Virus record (IMG/VR): IMGVR_UViG_3300027286_000002
DNA: 64,000 nt
Reading direction: 5' to 3' (one strand)
DNA from: a virus
Lineage: Duplodnaviria > Caudoviricetes
The translations under genes and the position numbers were made by a program. Shown here one piece after another: positions 1 through 9,708 of this stretch; the stretch's first letter is position 1; every line of letters begins with the position of its first letter. The notes under the pieces were generated by a model. That model ran no database searches. It had not been told where the DNA came from and saw only the letters and a program-made list of their open reading frames with translations.

Positions 1-2479
1 ATCCTCCAAAGATAGCAGAGAAAAGATCAATAACAATTTGTGGTGGACCGGGGATGACAACACATTGACCAATACCTAAAGAAGGAGCATTAGGTTTTTT
101 AGTAGCAGATAAGAAATCAGCAAGTAAACCATCTGTACCTTGTGAAACAACAAAAAGCATACCGACAGTTGCACCTAGATCTAAAGCGAAATTTAAGATA
201 GCATCTATAAATGCTTTTAGTTTAGCAATGATTCTTTGAATTTCTTGTATTCTCTTTTGCAAGACTTCAATAAAATCTTTAATCGCTTTAATAAGACCTT
301 CTAAACCTAAAGTTAAGGTTTCTACAAAAGCAATAATTTCATTTAAATAAGCTGTGAAATCAGGAAAGCCATCAATAAAGAATTTCACATTAAACCAAGC
401 ACCTGTTTCATTTAATACCTTCTGTGGTAAAGAAGTAAGCATCCGTCTAGCATTATCTACAATATCTTGATCTACCAAATCATACATAAGAGAAAGTTTA
501 GCAGTAGTCTTTACTTGTTCTTTTTCTGAAACACCTAATTTCTTTTCTGTGTATGCAGTAGGAAACAAAGGTTCGATTCTTCTTTCAAGACCTGTAGTTA
601 AGTAGATGATGTTATTAAATGCAGATCCTTCAACACGAGGTTTATTTGCCTTTAGAACTTCATCAAAAGAAGTATCGCCAAAGCTACCATAATTATTAGC
701 ATTCCCATGCACACCATACATATTATCTTCTATTAAGAAATCATAAAAACTTTTCTTTTGAATTTGATCGCCTACTTTAACATCTATTCTTTTTTCAGAA
801 AGAAATTCAATTGGCTCTTGCAATGCTATCAGTTGTGCTTCTGTTGGAAAAGGTAATTTATTTACTATGTTCTGAATGACAGCTAAAACATCTGATCTAA
901 AGCTATTCGCATCTTGATCAAATTTCACAAAGCTGGTGGCATTTGCCTGTCTATTGGCATATGCCATAAGATTGAATTTCACTTGTGATGGCAAATTGAA
1001 AAAATGAAACTTACTTGTACCATATAAATATGATTTGGCAAACTCAGCACTTTTTACACCAGCCTCTTGACCATTCAAATAATTCTTTTCATTTAAATAA
1101 TCACCTAAAATGAAAATAGCTAATGCCTCTCTTAAAGCATTGATATAATCTACACGATCATATTTAGGTAGCTTGGTTGAGATAGCATTAGAATTAGTAG
1201 AAACCAAACCTGTAACAATCCCATTAGAAACAATAGAGTTCCATAAGTATAAAGGAAGATTTTCTACAAGATCACTATCACTAAAACCTAAATCTGAACT
1301 TAAAGATAAAACTTCTACATATAAATCTTCTGCTTCACTTTCAGTTTGTTTATCAATAACAGTGATGCCATTTGTTGTATTGCCATCTACTTCATATGGT
1401 TTACTTGAATATGTGATTTTTTTAGGCAAATCTTTATATGGTATGGTTAAGCTATATGAATTACCTGTTAAGAAAGCACCTACTGCGAAAGGATTGTAGT
1501 AAAAAGATTTATTTGTCTTTTCTACCAAGTCTTGTGGCAGGATCACTTTATCATTAAAAAAATACTGATAACTAAAGGGATAACCTTTTTTAATAATGTC
1601 ATCAATAAAGTTTTCAAAATAAGGTATTACACGACTATCTTGAATGAGTGTTGGACTACTTAATAATGTAAATGACTTTCCATTTACAGTAACAGGCTTA
1701 TATAAACTTGCACCTATTTCTTGTGCAAGTTCAATATTAGTAGTTGTCTGTGCAGATTTAGTTCTTCTTAATAAACCTACTTTCACAGGCATAGTACTTA
1801 TATTTACTAAGAAAGCATCAGGTGGTACTACAAAAGATGGAAAAAAACTGTCTTGACTATTAGAAGGTGGTGTTAATTCCCAAGAGATTTTTAAACCTTC
1901 AGGTGTTTTAAGTTTTGAATTAGAGAAAGGAACTCCGAACTTTGAAACAAGTGTTGCTTTAACATTGGATGCGACTGGCAAACCACTATCTTCTAAAATT
2001 CCTGTAAATAGCTTTTTCAAATCATTAAATATTTTGATGAGTCTTAAAATCCCTTCTATATTAGAACCTGCGAATTGAAAAATACCAAGCACAACACTAT
2101 CTTTACTGATAACAGGTCTTGTTGTATCAGCTGGATTAGTAAACTTGTTTACCATCCTTTGCTCAAATGCTTGATATCCACCAGCATACACTTTATAGCC
2201 TTCATCAAAAACTCTTGGCAACATATCCAAATCGGTAGTTAAATAAAGACCTAAGTTTTGAAGATCTGAAATGATATTTTTAATAAGTGCAATAAGCTCT
2301 TTCAAAAGCAATAACAAAGGATTACTGAAATCTATTAGAAAGGCTTTCACAAATTCTAACACATTATTAAGAAAGGTAAGAAAGATATTAAGAGTAGCAA
2401 AGATGTTATCTACAATTGGTCTAACTTCTTTAAAGATGTCAGGTATTTTAGGTGTTTTAATAATTGACCATTCTGCCAT
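1..2479 (-). CDS. Large hypothetical protein (>826 aa, runs off the left edge), probably virion/tail-associated; absent from the supplied ORF track
   Basis: Manual translation from ATG at 2479 (directly after the TAA of the upstream ORF) gives MAEWSIIKTPKIPDIFKEV...GQCVVIPGPPQIVIDLFSAIFGG with no stop to the window edge; amphipathic helical N- and C-terminal blocks. Confidence 0.85.
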   Translation of the reverse strand, partial: MAEWSIIKTPKIPDIFKEVRPIVDNIFATLNIFLTFLNNVLEFVKAFLIDFSNPLLLLLKELIALIKNIISDLQNLGLYLTTDLDMLPRVFDEGYKVYAGGYQAFEQRMVNKFTNPADTTRPVISKDSVVLGIFQFAGSNIEGILRLIKIFNDLKKLFTGILEDSGLPVASNVKATLVSKFGVPFSNSKLKTPEGLKISWELTPPSNSQDSFFPSFVVPPDAFLVNISTMPVKVGLLRRTKSAQTTTNIELAQEIGASLYKPVTVNGKSFTLLSSPTLIQDSRVIPYFENFIDDIIKKGYPFSYQYFFNDKVILPQDLVEKTNKSFYYNPFAVGAFLTGNSYSLTIPYKDLPKKITYSSKPYEVDGNTTNGITVIDKQTESEAEDLYVEVLSLSSDLGFSDSDLVENLPLYLWNSIVSNGIVTGLVSTNSNAISTKLPKYDRVDYINALREALAIFILGDYLNEKNYLNGQEAGVKSAEFAKSYLYGTSKFHFFNLPSQVKFNLMAYANRQANATSFVKFDQDANSFRSDVLAVIQNIVNKLPFPTEAQLIALQEPIEFLSEKRIDVKVGDQIQKKSFYDFLIEDNMYGVHGNANNYGSFGDTSFDEVLKANKPRVEGSAFNNIIYLTTGLERRIEPLFPTAYTEKKLGVSEKEQVKTTAKLSLMYDLVDQDIVDNARRMLTSLPQKVLNETGAWFNVKFFIDGFPDFTAYLNEIIAFVETLTLGLEGLIKAIKDFIEVLQKRIQEIQRIIAKLKAFIDAILNFALDLGATVGMLFVVSQGTDGLLADFLSATKKPNAPSLGIGQCVVIPGPPQIVIDLFSAIFGG

Positions 2480-2677
2480 TTATTTTTTCTCTCTTTGATT
2501 TCTTTTTTGTGCTTCTAATCTTTCTAATTCCATTTGTGCTTTACTTAATTCCATTAAGTCTTTATCCAGCATAGATTGAAACATCTGCTTTAAACTTTCT
2601 AACTGATCTGTAAAGGATTTAACTTTTTCTTGATCTGGATTGATCTTGCTTTTCCATTCTGTCATTTTTAATCTCAC
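2480..2677 (-). CDS. Small coiled-coil hypothetical protein
   Basis: ORF abuts the next gene (TAA-ATG); heptad-like E/K/L-rich sequence. Confidence 0.7.
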   Translation of the reverse strand: MRLKMTEWKSKINPDQEKVKSFTDQLESLKQMFQSMLDKDLMELSKAQMELERLEAQKRNQREKK

Positions 2678-2754
2678 CTTTTTTCACATAAAGAACATTT
2701 AATAAAACAAATATAGTATAAGATACATATCTCTTTTAAATAAAGGAAAAGAAA

Positions 2755-3117
2755 ATGGCTTTAAAAACTCGTAAAGCAATACAAGTTCAAAATGCAATCC
2801 TACAAGACCTGCATCAAATCTTCTTAGAACTCGAAGAACCTGTAAGACCTTTCGTTTCTAATAATGAAACAAAAGAAGATCGTGATGGACAAACTTATAT
2901 TGTAGTGAAAAAAGACGACTTTGAAGATTACTTGGTGCTATGGATTAAAGAATATCAACATGACATTATTAATGTTAAGCATCCTATTGTGTCTGTTGGT
3001 TTTCCACTTGAAAACTTTGAAGTGAATGAAATTTCTCATATTCATAATGCAGATGACTATTACTTTTGGAAACAGGATGTCTTAAGAGAAAGGATTAAAA
3101 AAATTTTAGAAATTTAA
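2755..3117 (+). CDS. Hypothetical protein
   Basis: ORF with AAAGGA RBS upstream. Confidence 0.75.
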   Translation: MALKTRKAIQVQNAILQDLHQIFLELEEPVRPFVSNNETKEDRDGQTYIVVKKDDFEDYLVLWIKEYQHDIINVKHPIVSVGFPLENFEVNEISHIHNADDYYFWKQDVLRERIKKILEI

Positions 3118-3118
3118 A

Positions 3119-3155
3119 TGAACTTGCAATAATATCTTATGCAAAGTGTTATATA
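3119..3155 (+). promoter_or_regulatory. Putative phage promoter motif TGAACTTGCAAT-N-CTTAT-N-AGTGTTATAT, copy 1
   Basis: Same motif and spacing recur at 42131 and 43942; followed by AC-rich leader and AAAGGAG RBS. Confidence 0.65.
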
Positions 3156-3184
3156 AGTACAAACCTAAACAAAAAGGAGTTCTT

Positions 3185-3454
3185 ATGAACACTATCTTAA
3201 ATCAAATCAAATCTGTTGATCTAATCTCTTCTATTGATGTACTTGACTGTTCCGATACTGAACTAGAAAGTCTTCTTTACTGTGATAAAGGTAGTTTTTA
3301 CCTTTACAGTTATATATCTGATAATAACAAAATCGAAATCTCTTTAGATGTAGATGACAGTGAAAATGATGATATGTATCAAGTGTATCATAAGTCTTAT
3401 GATACATCTGATGATATTGCACAAGACCTTAAAACTTTTTTCTCTAACCTATAA
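3185..3454 (+). CDS. Small acidic hypothetical protein
   Basis: AAAGGAG RBS before ATG 3185; first gene after the promoter motif. Confidence 0.75.
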   Translation: MNTILNQIKSVDLISSIDVLDCSDTELESLLYCDKGSFYLYSYISDNNKIEISLDVDDSENDDMYQVYHKSYDTSDDIAQDLKTFFSNL

Positions 3455-3465
3455 GGACAAAAAAA

Positions 3466-4011
3466 ATGATCAAGTCAATCGATATTCTCTTTACTCTCTT
3501 ATCTATGTTAAACACCGAAACACCTGTCTTAGATACAGATGAAATCTGTAAACTAAACCAACTCTCAAATGTTATCTATTCCTATAGTGTAGAGAACACA
3601 TACTTTACTCAAGAGCAATCTGTGCAACATTTAATTGCACTTGCATGGAATGAAACTAGATTTTCTTTTGATACAGATCATATCACACCAAACTACTATG
3701 GTGAGGCTTGTGGTGTGTTTCAACAGACAGATAAATTAAGCATGAATAAATTTGATTGTGTTGATCTTTTACATCCTACTAGAGCAACCAAAGAGGCATT
3801 AGATCAATTGAAATACATAAAAGAAAGATGGGATGGCAAACTAGATAAAACCATCTGTCATTACTTTAGTGGCAATAGATGTGATGATAAAGCATCTGAA
3901 ACCTATGCAAGTAATCATAAAAATGCAAGACTTAAAGCAGTAGAGTTTTTAAAGAAATCTAAAAATATTGATCATTCTGAAATTAAGAAAGTAATAGAAA
4001 CCTGTCTTTAA
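3466..4011 (+). CDS. Lytic transglycosylase (SLT/lysozyme-like) protein
   Basis: IALAWNETRF (catalytic Glu motif), ACGVFQQ (GxxQ), CHYFSG (AYNxG-like); hydrophobic N-terminus. Confidence 0.65.
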   Translation: MIKSIDILFTLLSMLNTETPVLDTDEICKLNQLSNVIYSYSVENTYFTQEQSVQHLIALAWNETRFSFDTDHITPNYYGEACGVFQQTDKLSMNKFDCVDLLHPTRATKEALDQLKYIKERWDGKLDKTICHYFSGNRCDDKASETYASNHKNARLKAVEFLKKSKNIDHSEIKKVIETCL

Positions 4012-4049
4012 TATAATGAATTTGAATTTTTATAAAGGAGTACTTAAAA

Positions 4050-4217
4050 ATGAATTGCACGATCTGTGGCAAAAAATACCACGACCTGCCTAATGCTATC
4101 AAATGGACTGAAAGAGATGGTGGTGCTTGTGAACCTTGTGTACATAGACTTAGAAAAACCTTTGGCAAATACCATGAACATTTCATTACACATGAAAATA
4201 AGAAAGCTAAAAAATGA
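4050..4217 (+). CDS. Small CxxC...CxxC zinc-finger protein (55 aa), not in the ORF track
   Basis: AAGGAG RBS; MNCTICGKKY...GACEPCVHRL...; TGA overlaps the primase ATG (ATGA). Confidence 0.7.
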   Translation: MNCTICGKKYHDLPNAIKWTERDGGACEPCVHRLRKTFGKYHEHFITHENKKAKK

Positions 4218-4891
4218 ATTGGCTAGATGATTTTATCTCAATCCTGCCTTTAAGCACAGAGCATCAAAACTACTTAAATAAAAGAGGTGTGGATCAAAAC
4301 ACTAATGTTAATTTTAAAACCTTTGATATGGTAAACTTTAACATTCCGTGTGATCGATTTAAAGCAACCTTTGGCAAAGCAGGTGAAAAATTAAAAGACT
4401 GTTTAATCATCCCTGCTACCTGTCCAAAAGGTGAAACCTATGGATTTGAAGCAAGGTCTTGGGATGCAAATGGTAATAAAAAAGTTTTTAAATATATGCT
4501 AGATCGCAGTCAATGGATACCTTCTTTACTTAATGGACATGAAGTAGCTGAATCATTATGGTCTAATGGTGATGTTTATTTTGTTGAAGGTGTCTTTGAT
4601 ATGGTTGCTCTTAAAAAGGTTATCTCATATCCCAATGCAGTAGGCTGTACTATGAGAGCAGGTGTAGATGAATTAACAATCTCTTTAATCCAAAGGTTTG
4701 CTAATAAGATCAGTACTATTTATATGGCATACGATAATGACAACACAGGTAGATTGAAATCTAGTGATGCTATTTATAAATTCAAAAAGTTAGGTATTCG
4801 TGCTGTGGAATGTAAATATCGTGGCAAAGATCCAAATGAATTATGGACGATACAAGGAGATGCAGGTCTAAAAAGATACTTCCTATTTTAA
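4214..4891 (+). CDS. dnaG: DnaG-type primase catalytic (TOPRIM) subunit lacking the zinc-binding domain
   Basis: YLNKRG, YFVEGVFDMVAL, AYDNDNTGR (DxD), KDPNEL motifs; only 225 aa, no N-terminal CHC2. Confidence 0.8.
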   Translation: MNWLDDFISILPLSTEHQNYLNKRGVDQNTNVNFKTFDMVNFNIPCDRFKATFGKAGEKLKDCLIIPATCPKGETYGFEARSWDANGNKKVFKYMLDRSQWIPSLLNGHEVAESLWSNGDVYFVEGVFDMVALKKVISYPNAVGCTMRAGVDELTISLIQRFANKISTIYMAYDNDNTGRLKSSDAIYKFKKLGIRAVECKYRGKDPNELWTIQGDAGLKRYFLF

Positions 4892-4946
4892 TAATTCTTT
4901 TATCTTATTATATTTAGATATGAACACAATATGAAAGGTAATCAAA

Positions 4947-5345
4947 ATGAAGTATCTTATTTCATCTTTAAAGAATCGTTTAAATAAAATAGCAGGTGTT
5001 GAAAAGATTGCAGGTGGTCTTTTTAGTGAGATTTTTTTTAAGACTGTAGAAAAGCAATTGAAGTCTAATCCTGTGATTAAAAAATCAGAATATAAAGTAG
5101 CTGTGGATGATGATGCAGAAAGTATTGTTATTTATAAAGATGATCAAGAACTTGCATTAGTTTTTAGATTGATGTTAGAAAGTCCTAAAATTAATGGTTA
5201 TGCCATCTCTTGGGAAATCGCAGGATTTTCAAAGGTTTGGGATGGTAAAGAAAGCAATCTTACATCTGATGAAATTGAACAAGAACTCGTAGGTTATATT
5301 GTAAAGATGTTTAAACTCTCTTGGCAAAAAGGCTACCTTCAATAA
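4947..5345 (+). CDS. Hypothetical protein with basic leader ending KIAG (twice)
   Basis: ORF with AAAGG RBS; leader SSLKNRLNKIAG resembles STLKNRLKKAN of 60538. Confidence 0.75.
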   Translation: MKYLISSLKNRLNKIAGVEKIAGGLFSEIFFKTVEKQLKSNPVIKKSEYKVAVDDDAESIVIYKDDQELALVFRLMLESPKINGYAISWEIAGFSKVWDGKESNLTSDEIEQELVGYIVKMFKLSWQKGYLQ

Positions 5346-5350
5346 AATTT

Positions 5351-5389
5351 TGATATTCCCTTCTATTATAAAATAAAAAGGGAATATCA
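5351..5389 (+). promoter_or_regulatory. 12-bp perfect hairpin sequestering the RBS of 5391, with TATAAAATA in the loop
   Basis: TGATATTCCCTT (5351-5362) pairs with AAGGGAATATCA (5378-5389); ATG at 5391. Confidence 0.6.
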
Positions 5390-5390
5390 G

Positions 5391-6263
5391 ATGAGTAGAC
5401 AAGTTTTAATAAATAATGTAGTCAAAAGACATATCATTCGTTTAGCATCTATTGATGCTATTCGTGAAAGTAAAAAATATAAAACAGCTAGTGCTGGATA
5501 TGTTCGTTCTGAAATCACACCTGAAGTTTTAGAAGTTTTAGGCAATCATCTTTTCTATAAGACTGCTTTTATTAAAGACATTACTTCTTTATATGAAAAC
5601 ACTAAAAATTCTTTAATCCATATCTATGAAGAAATACAAAAGAAACCAAACAAATGGGAAGAAATTAAAAAAACCTTAAATCTCGATCCTAAAAATATTG
5701 GTTCTATGCTAATGGACTTGCCTAATTTTAAATCCAATTTTGGCAAGTGGTTAGAAAGTGTTATTAAAGATATACCTTTCTTAAACATCATGTATAAAGT
5801 GTCTAAATTAGAATATACACAAGCGAAACAATGGTTAGAGAACTTATATGCTAAACTACCTGCTAAAATCCAACAAGGTATAGATAAACTTAAAAATATG
5901 GCTACATCTGTTAAGGATTGGTTAGGAAAGATTTGGGATTTATTAAAAGAAAAAATTAAAAAGACAGATAACAAAGCAGTAAACATAGCTGTGTTTTTAG
6001 TCTATTTAGGTATTTCAAGAAAAATAGATGATGATACCTTTGCAAAGAAAAATCTAGTATCAGGACTAACAGGCAAATTAGATAGTGATCAGATACTAGA
6101 TGATTTACCTATGGATAAGTTAAGTGATTTCATATCTGCTCTTTTAGAGGATTTCATAGATATTGAAGATATTGTGAAATATAAGACTTTACCTTTTCAG
6201 ATTTATTTCCTTTATCAAGAAGGATATTTAGATGAAGAACTAAGAATATTGAAAGGACATTAG
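5391..6263 (+). CDS. Hypothetical protein, paralog 1 of a tandem triplet (KTAS leader)
   Basis: Shares leader, IYEE.QK.PN.WE..KK.L, and C-terminal FY.LYQ...LDE with 6266 and 7138. Confidence 0.8.
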   Translation: MSRQVLINNVVKRHIIRLASIDAIRESKKYKTASAGYVRSEITPEVLEVLGNHLFYKTAFIKDITSLYENTKNSLIHIYEEIQKKPNKWEEIKKTLNLDPKNIGSMLMDLPNFKSNFGKWLESVIKDIPFLNIMYKVSKLEYTQAKQWLENLYAKLPAKIQQGIDKLKNMATSVKDWLGKIWDLLKEKIKKTDNKAVNIAVFLVYLGISRKIDDDTFAKKNLVSGLTGKLDSDQILDDLPMDKLSDFISALLEDFIDIEDIVKYKTLPFQIYFLYQEGYLDEELRILKGH

Positions 6264-6265
6264 GA

Positions 6266-7141
6266 ATGAAAAGAGAAATTTTAATAAAACTTGCCTGTCA
6301 AATAGCAGTACATAAAAGCATTAAATATAAAACTGCATCACATTTAAGACAAGAACTTAATGCGACTACTTTAATACCTTTTGGCAATCAAATTGTTAAG
6401 TATGGTTCTATTAAAGGTCTTGTTGGTAAAATTAAACAAATCTATGAAGGTTTTCAAAAGATGCCAAACCTTTGGGAAAAGTTTAAAGAAAAATTAGGTA
6501 TCACTGCGACTAATGTTGTTTCTCTATATAAGCAACTTAATGAAAAGTTATCTGAATATCTTGAAGAAGGTAAAAAATGGATTGATGGACATAAACAGAA
6601 ACTAGCAAAAGAAAACAAGCTAATTTATTTTATGTTCTTATATGCAGAGAATGCACCTACAATAACAGGTTCTATAAAAACACTACTTGAAAAGATCAAT
6701 CCTGATAATTCATCTAAGCTGTCTAAAAAACTTAAACAATTATCAGATGGATTTGGAAACCTAAAAGACACAATAGATGAGTTCTTTAAAAAACATCCTG
6801 TTCTACATACAATCAGTATTCCTGCTAAAGCATATTTATTTTGGATCATTTGGGTCAATGTAGCTGAAGTCAGTTGGAAAATCACAGATATTATTAAAGG
6901 TTTTCTAGGTCAAATCTCATGGGGTGATCTTTTAGAATCACTACCTGAAAGTGGTTTAGGTTTTCTTATCCAAATCTTTATGCCTTTCATCCCAAGTGGC
7001 ATGGTTGCATCTTCTTTAAAGATAGGTTGGAATGCACTGATCATCCCTGCTATGGGTATACAATTTTATTATCTGTATCAACAACACTTAATAGATGAAC
7101 ATGGTAAACTGATTGAAAGTGAAGTAGAGAAACTAACATGA
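6266..7141 (+). CDS. Hypothetical protein with hydrophobic C-terminal helices, paralog 2 (KTAS leader)
   Basis: Extensive identity with 7138 (ELNATTLIPF.NQIVK, GWNALIIPAMG.QFYYLY). Confidence 0.85.
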   Translation: MKREILIKLACQIAVHKSIKYKTASHLRQELNATTLIPFGNQIVKYGSIKGLVGKIKQIYEGFQKMPNLWEKFKEKLGITATNVVSLYKQLNEKLSEYLEEGKKWIDGHKQKLAKENKLIYFMFLYAENAPTITGSIKTLLEKINPDNSSKLSKKLKQLSDGFGNLKDTIDEFFKKHPVLHTISIPAKAYLFWIIWVNVAEVSWKITDIIKGFLGQISWGDLLESLPESGLGFLIQIFMPFIPSGMVASSLKIGWNALIIPAMGIQFYYLYQQHLIDEHGKLIESEVEKLT

Positions 7142-8010
7142 AATATATAAAACTTGCCTGCATACAAGCAATAAAAGAAAGTAAAAAGATAAGGACAGCT
7201 AGTGCATATCAAGTTAGAAAAGAACTTAATGCGACTACCTTAATACCTTTTGCTAACCAAATTGTTAAACATGGTTCTCTTTTTGGACTAACAAGTAAAC
7301 TCAAAGATATTTATGAAAAGTACCAAGAGCAACCACAGATGTGGAATCTTTTTAAAAAGACTTTAGGTATTAATGCTATAGATAATGTTTCTCTATATCA
7401 CCAGCTTAATGATAAATTAGCAGGATATCTTGAACAAGGTAAAGAATGGGTCAATAAGCATAAACAACAGCTATCGGAAAAAAATAAGTATTTGTACTTT
7501 ATGTTCTTATATGCAGATAAAGCACCAACAGTAACAAGTTCAATAAACTATTTACTTGAAAGAGTAGATAGTGAAGAAAAGCAAATTATCATGCAGGCAT
7601 TTAAAAAATACAATGGTGGTTTTAATACCTTTGCAGAAATTATTGAAGATTTTTTTGATCATCATCCTGTTTTTGATGTCATGTCTATGCCTGCTAAAGC
7701 ATATGTATTTTGGTTAGTTTGGACAAATGTAACAGAAATAAGTTGGAAGGTTACAGATATCACTAAAGGATTTTTAGGTTTAATGTCATGGGGTGATCTT
7801 ATTCGTACTTTACCTGAAACAGGTTTAGGTTTACTTATTCAAGTATTTTGTCCTTTTATCCCAAGTGGAATGATTGCATCCTCTTTGAAGATAGGATGGA
7901 ATGCTTTAATAATACCTGCTATGGGTGCTCAATTTTATTATCTGTATCGCAGGCATTTAATAGATGAAAAAGGTAATCTAATTGAAAGTGAAGTTTTAAA
8001 ATTAGAATAG
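7138..8010 (+). CDS. Hypothetical protein with hydrophobic C-terminal helices, paralog 3 (RTAS leader)
   Basis: ATGA overlap with 6266; strong protein and DNA similarity to it. Confidence 0.85.
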   Translation: MKYIKLACIQAIKESKKIRTASAYQVRKELNATTLIPFANQIVKHGSLFGLTSKLKDIYEKYQEQPQMWNLFKKTLGINAIDNVSLYHQLNDKLAGYLEQGKEWVNKHKQQLSEKNKYLYFMFLYADKAPTVTSSINYLLERVDSEEKQIIMQAFKKYNGGFNTFAEIIEDFFDHHPVFDVMSMPAKAYVFWLVWTNVTEISWKVTDITKGFLGLMSWGDLIRTLPETGLGLLIQVFCPFIPSGMIASSLKIGWNALIIPAMGAQFYYLYRRHLIDEKGNLIESEVLKLE

Positions 8011-8090
8011 CATTTTTTAAGTAAATCAAATCCTTAATAATATAAGTAAATGGACAACAAAACTCTTCTTTTGTCAAAAGGAAAAAACAA

Positions 8091-9140
8091 ATGGAAGTCC
8101 ATTTTCATGTTAAACAAAACAGACAACATTTAAGATCATTGATCAGTTTGTCTAAAAAAAATAAAACATCTCGTGCAGTAAAATTTGAATGTTTTAATAA
8201 CACCATTAAAGCAACTGCTACAAATAATGATTTCATCTTGTCATGTATTTTAGACGGATCTATCTATGATGATGGTATTGTCTTTTTACCTACTGATGTT
8301 TTAGATAAAGCTATGAGATCATCTACTATCATTTTAAAAGATGATCGCATCTCTTATGGTGAAGAACCTGATGGTCTTTTCTCTCAAGGTGATATTGAAA
8401 CTGTTGAGTTTACTCAATTAGAATTTACTAGCAAAGAAGATGATTTTGAAACCTTTACAGGTAAAAAGATCAATCAAGCACAAGCGATTGAACTCGGATA
8501 TGCTCTTAAAAATGCTGTTCGTTTCTTATCCAAAGAAGAAGGAAAGAATAAAATCACAGGTGTTTATTATGATCCAACCAATCGTAATATCGTATCTACT
8601 GATGGTACTAAACTCTTTACTCAAAAGCTAACATTTGAATTTGTCAATCAAAAGGCTTTGATCCCTGCTGATGCTATTCCTATTCTTGCTGATAACCTTA
8701 TTAATGCTCATGCTAGTGTTAAGGATTGTCATTTGAATATCCAAAATGCGACTACAAGATATTCAATTTTGCTGGTGAATGAAAGTTTTCCAAACTACTT
8801 AAATGTCATGCCTAAAGATGCTGATCTTGAAAAGATCAATATCTCTGCTCGTGGCAAACAAGCATTATATGAAAGCGAAAAAGTGATTGATACACCTATT
8901 ATGAAAATAGATGTAGATGAAAGATCCACATTGAGATTGACCAATACAGAAAGTCAATATGTATGGCAAGAGAATGAATTTCAAGGTAAAGAACGATCTG
9001 TTAATTTCAATATTAACAACCTCACTCAAGTTCTAGCTTTAACTGAAAACATTTACTGCAATCCTAGAAACTTTTCATCTGCACCATTCTTATTTACAAA
9101 AGATAATGTTAAAATCTTATTGATGCCTACAAAAGTTTAA
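8091..9140 (+). CDS. dnaN: DNA polymerase III beta sliding clamp
   Basis: About 350 aa; IVSTDGTKL (VATDGHRL-like), FPNYLNVMP, C-terminal LLMPTKV (LIMPVR-like). Confidence 0.8.
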   Translation: MEVHFHVKQNRQHLRSLISLSKKNKTSRAVKFECFNNTIKATATNNDFILSCILDGSIYDDGIVFLPTDVLDKAMRSSTIILKDDRISYGEEPDGLFSQGDIETVEFTQLEFTSKEDDFETFTGKKINQAQAIELGYALKNAVRFLSKEEGKNKITGVYYDPTNRNIVSTDGTKLFTQKLTFEFVNQKALIPADAIPILADNLINAHASVKDCHLNIQNATTRYSILLVNESFPNYLNVMPKDADLEKINISARGKQALYESEKVIDTPIMKIDVDERSTLRLTNTESQYVWQENEFQGKERSVNFNINNLTQVLALTENIYCNPRNFSSAPFLFTKDNVKILLMPTKV

Positions 9141-9219
9141 AAAGTGATGGTATAATATAAAAAGATAGGCAATGTTGCTTATTAAAACACACACACACTT
9201 TTTTATAGGAATAATGATC

Positions 9220-9441
9220 ATGTCTGACAAAGTAAATGGTTATCAAATTCGTACAGATCTTTTACATTTAGCAACTCGTATTGTAGAAGAACAATCTCAA
9301 ACACAGCTTAAATTATTTGAAGCAAAATTACATATGGCAAAGTCTTTAGAAGATTTAGCCAAGCTAAATGCACCTGCCAATACAATTGAAGAAATTTTAT
9401 CTGTTGCTGATAAATTAAATCAATTCGTGCAAACTAAGTAG
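9220..9441 (+). CDS. Small hypothetical phage protein
   Basis: GYQIRTDLLHLA resembles a common uncharacterised phage N-terminus; AGGA RBS. Confidence 0.7.
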   Translation: MSDKVNGYQIRTDLLHLATRIVEEQSQTQLKLFEAKLHMAKSLEDLAKLNAPANTIEEILSVADKLNQFVQTK

Positions 9442-9706
9442 CATCATCAGGCAAACTTGTAGGATTAAGGATAGACTTATAATCTACTAAAATCCCATCA
9501 TACATAGGAATCCTGCGACCATCTTCTTGAAATCTTAAAGCAAATGCTTTGTGAATCTTAAAAATATCATCACTTGAATATCCATCTTCTGTAAGCATAT
9601 TGATAAAAACTTGAGTGCCTGCATATTTAGCTTGCACAATTAAATCTTCATCTGAAATTTGTGATACATACAAAATCCATTCTTTTAGTGTCTTTGGATC
9701 TTCCAT
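9434..9706 (-). CDS. Hypothetical protein
   Basis: ORF directly downstream of the giant helicase gene, same strand. Confidence 0.7.
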   Translation of the reverse strand: MEDPKTLKEWILYVSQISDEDLIVQAKYAGTQVFINMLTEDGYSSDDIFKIHKAFALRFQEDGRRIPMYDGILVDYKSILNPTSLPDDAT

Positions 9707-9708
9707 TT

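Noticed and set aside
1173-2498. Plus-strand ORFs 1173, 1644 and 2271 in the ORF track
   Set aside because: They are antisense shadows of the long minus-strand ORF starting at 2479; the same applies to the many short opposite-strand ORFs inside long genes (for example within 9709-15555 and 44605-49710)
9186-9198. (AC)n microsatellite
   Set aside because: Short, intergenic and typical of the AC-rich leaders before RBSs here
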